A stretch of 61,496 bases of DNA, counting the filler, from Choristocarpus tenellus KU-1152 (Eukaryota > Protista > Phaeophyceae), in assembly GCA_964200185.2 (NCBI GenBank). It is 13 parts of 13 records of this genome, joined end to end, with 100 filler letters (N's around TTAATTAATTAA, not from the genome) between each part and the next. Parts side by side here need not be neighbours in the genome. Positions count along the whole stretch, not along the records: positions 51,066 to 54,398 come from CAXNAD020020742.1; positions 54,499 to 57,363 come from CAXNAD020024105.1; positions 57,464 to 61,496 come from CAXNAD020016571.1; 10 more parts are not named here. The stretch is one strand, 5' to 3'. The position numbers and the translations under genes are program-made. The notes under the pieces were generated by a model. That model was not told the DNA's origin. It was given only the letters and a program-made list of their open reading frames with translations, and did no database searches. Of this stretch, positions 51,426 to 61,496 are shown one piece after another. Each line of letters starts with the position of its first letter. Position 1 is the stretch's first letter.

Positions 51426-53687
51426 AAGAGGAATACATGGGGAAGGAAAGGAATGGAAATATAGGGGAATGGCAAACAAGGAATAAGTTATAAATGATAA
51501 TCCACATCTCGTGAGCAAAACAAACCTCTTTGAATTGGTTTCTATGAATTTACCCTCACGTTTTACCTCAAAACATTCGCACAGAATAATATACACAACG
51601 TATGTTACTCTTGGATAAATTACCATGAGCCTCGTTCTAAGGCGAGATGGAGGTCGTTTTCGTAATTCGCGCCCTCTACTCTTACTCATAATTATTCCGA
51701 CCGGAAACGAAATATTGCAGGTGGTTGGGGGTACGTCATTATTGCACACTTGTTTTTCACACTCAATACACAATGGCGAGTTGAGCGATACACCCACCTC
51801 CACATAGTAGAAAACGTACTAAAACAAAAGAAAATGCAAATTGTGATTTCGATATTTCTGTGATCTGTAATGACCACCTTCATTCCGAAATATATCCTTA
51901 TAAACACGCCCTTCCTATATAAGATATCCTTGAAGTCTGCTCCTCCGTCATGAATTCTAGATGTAGACAGAACAGCACTTCTTCGCAATGATATCAGCAT
52001 CAGGACGTTGTGAGCTGAGTTTCCCCCAATCCATGCCAATCTTCTCTTCTGAGTGACCTTCTTTTGGCATGACTGCCATTTGTTGCTTTTTCACTCCTTT
52101 CCGCACGTCCTCCCGTGAGTCTTCCCGGCCCCCTTCAGTCTGAAGAGTTCATCTACTGATTCAGCCTGTTTCACGTATCTGTTCAAATATCTACAGAAGA
52201 GGGGCACCATGACAATTCAATGGATAAAATGGCGTGGTATGACTATGAAAACCGATCTCCGCCACCATGGGGTAACATGAAAATCAATTCAGGGATAGGA
52301 AGGTTTGGATCCTTTAGCACTCCAAGCTATCTTCCTTACCCTGTGCGATCTCACTCTATTTTACTGCTTGTGACACAATAGTGTACACAAAGTCAATATT
52401 CGCCTTTTCACACACAAAGTGACGCCACAATTAAGCAAGGGCTCCTTATGCAATTTTACTAAAAAACATATTTTCGCCCTTTCTCAGGATGCTTAAAATG
52501 CAACCCTGCCTACCTCTCAGTTGGTTTGACTCATATATAGCCAAACGAGTGCGATATCTTTGAGGAAATTTTGTCAAAAATCCTGCCAACAAATATTGGA
52601 GATGTGGAATTTGTCACCAATAGAAGAATGCTAAAAAAAAAAAGGTCTCTACTTAAAGTCCATGTCACCATCCACAACTGCGAGTGGAGAGAGTTTCACT
52701 ATCGTACGTATGCAGCAAATCTCCATCATCTGAGTCCGCTACACAAAGTTCAAGGGCTAATCGTGTTTCTGTAGGGGATGTAAAAATACGCGTTTGAGGA
52801 TTCGAGCTTTTTGTGGAGGGCTTTATTGGCCTCTGTACTCTGAAGGGAAGCAATGTTATTTATTATTTGGTCTTTTTTACTTCTGGAACTTCACCACTAC
52901 CTCCACCCTACCTAGCCCAATGTCCAGTGCTTTGTTGGCCGTGCTTACTGCAATATTTCTTCAACCCTACAAACTACTTGTCGCACAACTAATCGTACTG
53001 CCTTGTGTGTGGCTTGGTTTTTCCTTGCACGTTGGGTTCAGGCGTCCTACTTCTCATCGCTCTGCCTCCTCCCTCGAAATCTGGTGTGTAGTCCGTCCAC
53101 AGAGAATCATCACCATCATGATCCAGATCTTTCCCAACATCCCCTTTTATGGTGTAGTGCGAGATAGCAAGGTACAAGGTGGTACTTAGGGTTAGGCGAA
53201 TAGCGCGAGTATTTCTTCCCGTGCTCTATCAAGTGCGGGCAGTATACATGCGTGGGGAACCTTATAAAGAGGAACTCCGATTTACTAAAGGTTGCAGAGT
53301 AAGATCTGTAACTTGGGAATGTATGCAACGGTTTTCAGACGTATTCCAACTTTTGTTAACCAAAACAAAATAAAACGCAGATGACGATAAAGAAAATAAA
53401 GAGCGCTGCTTAATAAGAGGCCCCTCTTAAGAGACTTTTCTTTGACCCGAAGCAATATACATTGATGTGATTGAAAATTACCTCTGTTCTGCTGACCTGA
53501 CGTTCATTAACCCATGGACTGGACCTCCTTCACTGTCGGAGTATTCTGGGAGCCTTGTACGAGCTTCAGCGTCATCTGTAGGCCTGTGGATTGGAGCTAT
53601 ACATCCTATACAGGTAAGCTTCTGGAGCGTGCTGTAACAATTCCCACATGACTCATCTAAGTCAAATTTCCTGCAAAGAAAATCTGA

Positions 53688-53762
53688 CCCCTGCAACCGG
53701 GGTTTGAATCCAGGCACTCTCGTTACAGAATGCGGACTGATGACCATTTGAGTTACGTGGAC
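53688..53762 (-). mobile_element. tRNA-derived SINE head or tRNA pseudogene
   Basis: Minus strand TCCACGTAACTCAAATGGTC...CCTGGATTCAAACCCCGGTTGCAGGG, with Pol III A-box and B-box at tRNA spacing but a poor cloverleaf. Confidence 0.55.
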
Positions 53763-56324
53763 AACCTCAAACGATGCCTAGGGTGGGATTGAACTTTGGT
53801 GTTGATTTTAGGTCACCTCCAACCTCCAGCTCCTAACACTACAAGTGAGATATTACTTCTTGCGCAAGAAACAACGAACATTTTTGTGTAGTCTCAGCAA
53901 ATAGGAATGGCAGCGGGAACCTAGCACTAGTGGAATATCATCATCAAAAAAGAGTTTGTCATTTTTACAACGTAATCAGTCCTGACCTAGAGTGGCAAAG
54001 ATTTCACAGTGTCTTTTTGCGCCAAGGGTCACACAATGAGCAATACATGAGGCATGTGCACTATTGGCTGGTCTTTCTTGATCCTTACTGCCACACCAAC
54101 TTGTGAATCACCATGACTAAGACTTCATCTAAAGAAACTTTAGTAAACTCATGAACTAATAGAAGGTAGTCAGTGCTGAAAGGCTTACTCGGTAGTTGAG
54201 GGGTTTACTAAAGCTTCAACAGCCTGACACTTTTGGCACTATCGAGCCCATGTATCATATTTACGATCTTCATGATCACCTGAATAGCAGTAAGACTCAC
54301 CTTTTCGAAATATTCTGGACAAGAAGCAACCACCAACCGCCTAAACACATGAACTGAAGCACGAGTTCACATTATGACCAAAGTATCTGGGAGGGGGGNN
54401 NNNNNNNNNNNNNNNNNNNNNNNNNNNNNNNNNNNNNNNNNNTTAATTAATTAANNNNNNNNNNNNNNNNNNNNNNNNNNNNNNNNNNNNNNNNNNNNCG
54501 CCTTCCTCAATTTTGAGGATCCCCTGTTATATCTCTGTGTGCATACATGCCACAATACCTTATGCAATGTTCACCACCCGTATGAAGACCCCTCTTAACG
54601 GGGAGAAATTGATCTCGAATATTGAATATAGCTGGTAGTAAAATAACTAATAGATTAATGTCTTCCGCATTTATCATAAGTGTTACTTTCTAAGGGGATA
54701 TTTTGAAATGTGTATAGTTTTCATTGGTTTTTACCCTGACACATCTGGAAAATGTCAGAGGGCATAATAATAAAAATATAGAACATTCGAAAGTACCAAA
54801 TCGGAAGTGCTAAAATGATATTTTTATCGCTTAAGTCTCCTGATTGGTCAATATAATGGGTGAGAAGGGGATTCTTCTTGGCAAGAGAAGTGTCCTAGTG
54901 ACTTCTCCTACTCAAGGCCACCCGAATATAGCAACTCGTTATAGAAAAGACAAACGCAATATAGACATGGACCTTAAACGCCTCATAACATTTCAGCTTA
55001 AGTGAGGTCCTGCGAAGACCCAGCCTACTAGGCTGCGATAAAAAATATCCAAGAGTAGATCGCTTCGATTTCAAACTAGGGTCACTGTCGATAGCATAAT
55101 ATGTTGATATTCACTGAAGTATGTGCTCCAGTACATGATACATGCTTGTGTCAGATTCCCTGCCTGCTTCTTTGTATATATTGAATAATTATACCAAAAA
55201 ACGAATGGGATACTTCAAAAAAAAAGCGAATTTGAGTTTTCAGAGTAGAACTCTACTCTAGATGTTACTCTAAGTACATACTGTTGATCTATTGCCTAGA
55301 ACGAAGTGAGCTGTTCTTGCCCATGAGGGCAACTCTACTTACACGACTTTGCAATCAGTTATTTTTCCTTTCTTTTATCAGTATCTCTCATTCACTCTCG
55401 ATATTATATCAACAACTGATTCTTTGACCCGTTTTTCTTGCTCCTATTCTTTTTTTTCTTACACCAAATAATGTACAACGCCAAATATACAATTCTATCG
55501 CACAAAGTATTGATAGGACAAAACACTAACGCTCTTCGACACACTCCCCTGCTCTTGATACACAATGTGATACCACCATATTTTATCACCGTGACTGGTC
55601 ATGAGCATTCACCGTCATGTAGAGGTCAATAGCTCAGATAGAGCAAATTGAGAGGTTGGCAGGTTTGTACCCTTTCGCATTCTAACTTAGAAAAAGCCAT
55701 CTTTCTTACCCTGTGCAATACACTCTATTTCATTGCTTTGTGTGCACAATAGTATACGCAAAATTGGTTGCCTTCTATCCACACATGAAGTAACACCACA
55801 TATCCATCTTTATCCTCTCACCATAGGTAGTCGGAATGGATATTTGTGCTTCCCTTTTGCCCATTCCAGGTTCGCATATCTATCTTTATTTTCCTTTGTA
55901 GGGAGTCAGGAAAGTTTTTTAGCCAGGATTGTATTCCGCACTTGCCGATTTTGCTAGCATCAAGATCGTTCACACCATTTTTCTCCTCTTGCACCACCCT
56001 CAATATCCCATGTCCAAGGCTGCCAAGGCCTTGAGTGTCTCTAACACATCACCTTCTTCATCAATGTCTAACTCGTCAGAATATTCCGACATCGCTTGTA
56101 TCGGTTCACTCCTCAACAGAGCACATTGCAGTTCGCAAGAGAAACCTCCCTTCTTAGGGAGTTACGACAGCAACATATATTTTTAACTTTTTTGCGCGTA
56201 TTTTTGAAATCTATTCCAGTCCCCAACACCAACACCAACACCAACCCTATCTTGACCACGAAAAAAATCCCTAACCACCAGCCAAAGAAATTTTCTGGGC
56301 GATATTTCACATTGGGCAGCAGTA

Positions 56325-56582
56325 GAGTCCAAGTATTTTAGAGGATAGTGCCGTGTCCATTTGGGGGTCAAATCCAATGTTGCAATTTTGATGTAATTTT
56401 GGCTATCATGTTTGTTTGGAGAGGTCAATATCCGTGTTCTGGACACTCCTTTTCATAACATAAACATTTTACCAACTCCGATACATTTTGGAGCAGGTAA
56501 AATGACATTGAAAACCCATGGGAAGCCATGCCCTAAATAGACAAACAGGGAAAAACTCGTACCCTCTAAGATACTTTTACTC
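56325..56582 (+). mobile_element. MITE family A copy
   Basis: GAGTCCAAGTATTTTAGAGG / CCCTCTAAGATACTTTTACTC; TSD AGTA/AATA (3 of 4 match). Confidence 0.87.
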
Positions 56583-58448
56583 AATAGTACAGTGTGCACA
56601 TGAGGAACCACCACTTCTCGAAGACCCACCACTACCGTCATCTCCACCACTAACATACATTTTCGAAAACCTGTCACAAACCCTATCCCTGACATATGTG
56701 TGAAAAATAACCCTAACCTTTGTCTAAGGAAGGGGACAATTATGGAAATGGTTGTTCCCCAAGACTAGGCTCCCCTGCGCACTCGAGCATTCTTCCATCC
56801 TCCCATCAGAGCATGGGACAGCTATCCATTCTTGAATTGCTAGTAACCGTCTCCTTTTCCACCACACTTAGGATGCTTTGTTGAAAGCGATGTTACTGAG
56901 TGGCTCTGTGCAAACCTTCTTTCAGGATTCATTTCTGTTTGATACCTCTTCCAGTCTGAGCTGCCAACATAACTCAATGTTGATGCAATCTCACCTCCTT
57001 TTCTGGGCTTGTCTAGACCGTGGACTTCTCCTCGAGCAGCACCCACCAACCGCGTGTACTACTCCACCTAGAACACTCCCCCTGTCCCCCGCCCCGAATG
57101 GCGAGGTTTTCGACATGAGCCAACTTCTTCCATGCACACGGACAGCAACACATACCCCCAATACTGGGACCAGATGCACACTTTAAAGAATTTTGGTATA
57201 TAGCATGTTGAAGTAACGATGATGATCTCTAGCTCTCTTCAAAAGGCAAGTTATATATGTTATTGATACACTGCTGGGTCAAAGTATCTGGGGGGGGGGT
57301 GTCGGCGTCCGTTTTCACCCTTTTTTCGATTTTCACTTGTTTGGTGTGATTTGGTCGCCATAGNNNNNNNNNNNNNNNNNNNNNNNNNNNNNNNNNNNNN
57401 NNNNNNNTTAATTAATTAANNNNNNNNNNNNNNNNNNNNNNNNNNNNNNNNNNNNNNNNNNNNGTATAACGGTATATGGCATACGGCAATAACGGTATAA
57501 TAACAGACAAACATGCTTTCCACACTACGCAAGATAGAAAGTACATTCTTCGCACCCTCCCCTGCTTTTGAACTTCTAGTGAAAAAGGAATATCTCGATC
57601 GGTCTTACAACACATTATCAATACAAAATCACTCTCACTTCATTCTACGCATGATAACCACTGCAATGCCCATTGAATAGATTAATTCCTTTGACAAACC
57701 CATTGTAAACAGGTCCCTATATTGGAACTCCGTAGGTAAATATACAATTGCAATCTTTCCTTCCCTCTCTAGCTGGCGTACATAGTGGTACCGTGTACCT
57801 ACTCGCTTTGTTTTCCCTCTGGATACTGGCTTCCGAGCAATCTTAATTGCACTATCGTTACCCTCAAACACTGCTGTATAGTAATCCTTACCAAGTGGTT
57901 GCATGAACCTGTGCACCTGCTTAAGCAACATATCCTCTTTCCCCAACTCACACAATGCAACATACTTTAGCCATAGCCCTAGACAGTGTAGCCGCTTTCT
58001 GCGTTCTAGACCACCAGTCAATAACACATCCTCCTCCAAACATCACAACAACACCACAATCAGACGATCTACTCTCCCTGCAGTTAGCACAGTCACCATC
58101 TGCATAGTCAATTAGCTGGTCCCTAGGTCCATCCCCGTACAAGTCAAAGTCTCCAAAGATAATGTCATCCTCTGGCCCACCACAAGTGTCCTAGCCTTCC
58201 TGTTCCTCCACATCCTGCAGCCCTTGATCTTAGTCACCTCACCCAAATTCACCACCGGGAACTTCTTGTTCAGTCCCTCAATGACACCAAATGTATAGCC
58301 TGCCCCTGATTCCTCTACCGTCAACATTTCATCCACATGGACCATCGTGATCATCACGGCCTTACCATCCACTATCAATCTGAGTAAGCATGAATCTGCC
58401 TCAGACTGTTCCAATCCGAGCTCCAGCAAAGCATCTACCAGAAGAAAT

Positions 58449-59043
58449 TGTTACAACGTGCTCCGCAAGGCAACCTCCAAGGTACAAAACGGACCGCAAG
58501 GTTACCTACCAATATGGGCTATGCAGCTCCAATCCATAAGAATGAATGTGGAACATGAGAGCCAAAGTATCTTAGAGGATAGAGCCGCGTCCATTTGGGG
58601 GCCAAAATAAAATGTTGTGATATCGGTGCACTTTTGGCTATCGGGTTTGTTAGGAATTATCAATATTCTTGTTCTGGACACACTTTTTCATAGCATACAA
58701 ATTTACCTACCCTGAAATATTTTGGAGTAGGAAAAATCTCATAAAAAAAACCATGGGAAGCCAAGCCCCAAACGGACAAAAAGGGAAAAACACGTACCCT
58801 CTAAGATACTTTTACTCATGAAGCTCGTACATGCTCCACAATGGAAATGTCATCAAGTATGCTGGATCTCTCTCTTCGAGTAATCACTTTGGAAGTATCA
58901 TCATCATATAAAAAGGGACTGGCAACGATGTATCATCTTTATGGGGCACATCAAAATGACAAACTAATATAAAAATAGTCAAGTACAAAAATATCAAACC
59001 TAGGACTTCAAGGTCATAATGGCGTCTGTGATCAGCTATAACA
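58449..59043 (+). repeat. Solo LTR (TGTTAC...TAACA) inside the Copia RT, itself carrying a MITE A copy
   Basis: Homologous to 60239-60564; flanks AAAT/AAAG; removing the LTR plus 4 bp restores RT frame WIF|LLVDALLELG. Confidence 0.75.
58559..58817 (+). mobile_element. MITE family A copy
   Basis: GAGCCAAAGTATCTTAGAGG / CCCTCTAAGATACTTTTACTC; 4-bp TSD ATGA. Confidence 0.9.
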
Positions 59044-59389
59044 AAAGATCCAGTCCTGAGACGCCTGGAATATCCCATACAGGAATTTCTTCAGCAATCC
59101 CACTGCTCCAGCAAACTTTGCCTTGCCGTCTGGTCGTTAGTTCCATATAGGGCATCTCCTCCAGATCAGCCCGAGTCAAGGTCTTCTTCCAATCCCTATG
59201 AATCAACACATACTTCAGCTTTGCCGGCAACATAAGTAGCATGCGAAGAGAAGCGTGAATAGGTGCAGGTGCAAACCGACTCAAAGCAATGCTCCCCCTT
59301 CCTCGGCCTAAGTCTCTGCTCAGCCAATCTTGCCTTGTACCGGTCCACTTCTCCATTTGCATCCACCATCGTGGTGAACACTATCTTAG

Positions 59390-59647
59390 GAGTCAAAGTA
59401 TCTTAGAGGGTAGAGCCGCGTCCATTTGGGGCCAAAACCTAATGTTCCAATTTTGATGTAATTTTGGCCATCTTGTTTGTTAGGAAGTGTCAATATCCAC
59501 GTTCTGGACACTCCTTTTCGTACCGCATACATTTTACCTACTCTGAAACATTTTGGAGTAGGTAGATTGTCATTTAAAACCCATGAGAAGCCCAGCCCCA
59601 AATGGACAAACAGGGCAAAAATCGTACCCTCTGAGATAGTTTCACTC
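59390..59647 (+). mobile_element. MITE family A copy
   Basis: GAGTCAAAGTATCTTAGAGGGTA / TACCCTCTGAGATAGTTTCACTC; 4-bp TSD TTAG, whose removal restores Copia VGTKIVF. Confidence 0.92.
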
Positions 59648-60079
59648 TTAGTTCCAACCACCTGGTGGCCATCTGCTGGGCGAGGTACTTGAATCCACAT
59701 TCTCCTCCAATCCAAGTCGTTTACATCCTCATCCTCAGTCCCTTTCCACAAGGGCCACTCCTCCGACTCCATTGCCTCTCTCATCCTCTTGGGTTGAGGT
59801 GGTATAGTGGTTCCAATAGCGCATGCCTCTGGGTTTGTCCCATTATAACTTTTGATGTCGAAGTCGGATTAAAAAATAAATACATAGTCGTGATGCCCGT
59901 CACAAGGCCCTCCAGAGTAGTGGTTCGCTTTCTTTTTCGCTTTTTTTGCTTTATTGAAGAAAGGGAGCTCATATTGGGGTTCGAACCCCGGATTGTAGGT
60001 TGCCAATTATTGAAGTATATTTGGTTGATTGAAGAGGAAAAAACGCCCACCCAAACGAACAACCCAGGGAATGAATGCT

Positions 60080-61150
60080 AAATATAAAATGTAACTCTTG
60101 TCTCCATCTGCCACTAGGAATTCCGAATGTGCTGGGTGCCTATGAGATTTGTACCCCATGTACTCCTTGTCGGTTTCCAGTCCAGTGACAGCCATCTCTA
60201 GGTAGACAAGATGGTGCGTGTACACCTTCTTGTAGTAGTGTTACGGCACGCTCCAGAAGCTTACCTCCCCACAGGATGTATAGCTCCAATCTACAGGCCT
60301 ATAGATGACGCCGATGCACGTATTGGTTCCTGATGCACAAGTCCTCAAATATGCTGGATCTCTCACTTGGATTATTCCCTTCATAAAGAATGGTCAATAT
60401 CATCATATAAAAAGGGACTGGCACCGATGTACCATGTGGGGGTATGATAATAAATAAATAATAAATACATAGTCAAGAAGTACAAATATATATCAAATCT
60501 AGGAGTTCAAGGTCATCATTAATGTTGTTTATGAAACCCCTATCACTACATATCGCCTACAACAGTACTTCTGCACGAGCCAAACAGCCTGCCTATCCTC
60601 GGCTGGTTTCAAGCTCAAAGGAACGTTATTCGGAGTCTGTCCAAAGAATAGGTACAATGCTTTCGTAGCCAGTGCTTTACTCGAACCCACATGAGCTCAA
60701 TTGGGTTGAGCTCACAGTGATACTTTCGGAGCATTAGGCATACCCCTCTGTACCGATTTCTCCTGTAACATGTAGGTCCTACCTGGTCCCTTCAAACTGA
60801 AGAGAGTACTCAGTCGACAAGAAGCTGAAGACTGGGAACCACCTCGCTGAAGTCCCTCTGCTCTCCAAGCACATGCAACACGCTATTGCTTGGATTATGT
60901 TTCTCTCCCTTCCCCCCGTCCTTCGTCATTCCGGGTCCTAACAGCCCCCTTTTCCATAAAATTTCTCGAACCTTATACATCCAACCCTAAGTCCAGGAAC
61001 AAAAGTGATGTACGATATCTTGCAAGAAGTGGGAGACATCAAACTACCGGTGTGTAAATAGTCTCAATCTCACCATCTCTTCTTCCCTGGCATCCTCATC
61101 AATGGCTACCTCCACCTGCTTCGAGATATCTTTGAAATAAAGGATTTGGC
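60080..61150 (-). pseudogene. IS630-Tc1-mariner-type DDE transposase remnant (FHCELN.IE clade), split by a solo LTR
   Basis: KVREILWKRG, ACC, LRKYHCELNPIELMWVRVKHWLRKHCTYSLDRLR, then QKY|YKKV...YKSHR. Confidence 0.7.
60239..60564 (+). repeat. Solo LTR (TGTTAC...CAACA); related inverted piece ending at ~53639
   Basis: Flanks GTAG/GTAC; removing the LTR plus 4 bp restores the transposase frame; GCACGCTCCAGAAGCTTACC shared with the minus strand at ~53560-53639. Confidence 0.75.
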
Positions 61151-61496
61151 GCTAGCGAAAAGTCTCCGCAGGTGCCTTTGTTACGATCGCTTTCTTCTCC
61201 ACCTTGCAAGCCCTTTCTGTTGAAGTATCCCACACTGGACCCGTGGCTTTGGTGCTTTAATGAAGGACAAAGAATAGCTTGATGTGTAGATGAGCAAAGT
61301 TAACATTACAAGGGACTTGTGGTCTTGATTCCGCTGACTGAGAACGTGGGCAAGACCAGTGCAGACTACCATATGGGATTTGCAACGTCACATGGATATC
61401 AGAAAAGAATCATATCTACTTACCATACGTGCCATATATGATATATCAACTGATGATCCAATATCAGGTCCCTACCATACATTAACTACCATACAT

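Larger units (their letters stand above)
57635..59830 (-). mobile_element. Degenerate Ty1/Copia RT-RNaseH with nested insertions
   Basis: REAMESEEWPLWK, VVGTK|IVFTTMVDANGEVDRYKARL, YGIFQAS, VHVDE, WWSRTQK, KTKRVGTRYHYVR, DLFTMGL. Confidence 0.88.

Noticed and set aside
53478-53670. Cys-rich exon (KFDLDESCGNCYSTLQKLTCIGC...)
   Set aside because: Most of it is an inverted copy of the solo-LTR sequence at 60239-60320, so the splice-like signals are probably fortuitous.
59390-59647. MITE A acting as an Introner (self-removing intron)
   Set aside because: At this insertion the nearest GT and AG to the termini would leave a +1 frameshift, and the interrupted ORFs are otherwise decayed.

Overview
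Eukaryotic, intron-rich and transposon-saturated DNA. Gene content, intron style and interspersed TTAGGG tracts suggest a stramenopile, probably a brown alga or close relative (inference only). The window is 13 contigs joined by 12 identical artificial 100-bp linkers (N44-TTAATTAATTAA-N44), so adjacency across gaps is not evidence of linkage. Host gene fragments are an HMG-box gene, gamma-tocopherol methyltransferase (VTE4-like), a tandem GH16 glucanase and a short-chain dehydrogenase. Mobile DNA includes Copia and Gypsy/chromovirus remnants, solo LTRs, Penelope-like RT fragments, an IS630-Tc1-mariner transposase remnant, an intron-rich Sola-type DDD transposase and at least four MITE families, three of them with clear 4-bp TSDs. 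The most interesting signal is invisible in the ORF track. In contig 37099-42796, removing two MITEs by hand reveals a spliced ParB/Srx-like gene (DGNHR motif) lying head-to-head with exon 1 of a Sola-type transposase. The ~0.9-kb spacer between them carries direct repeats and a perfect 14-bp inverted repeat. This is a candidate two-gene eukaryotic DNA transposon with a ParB-like partner. All protein assignments are by motif recognition, not database search.
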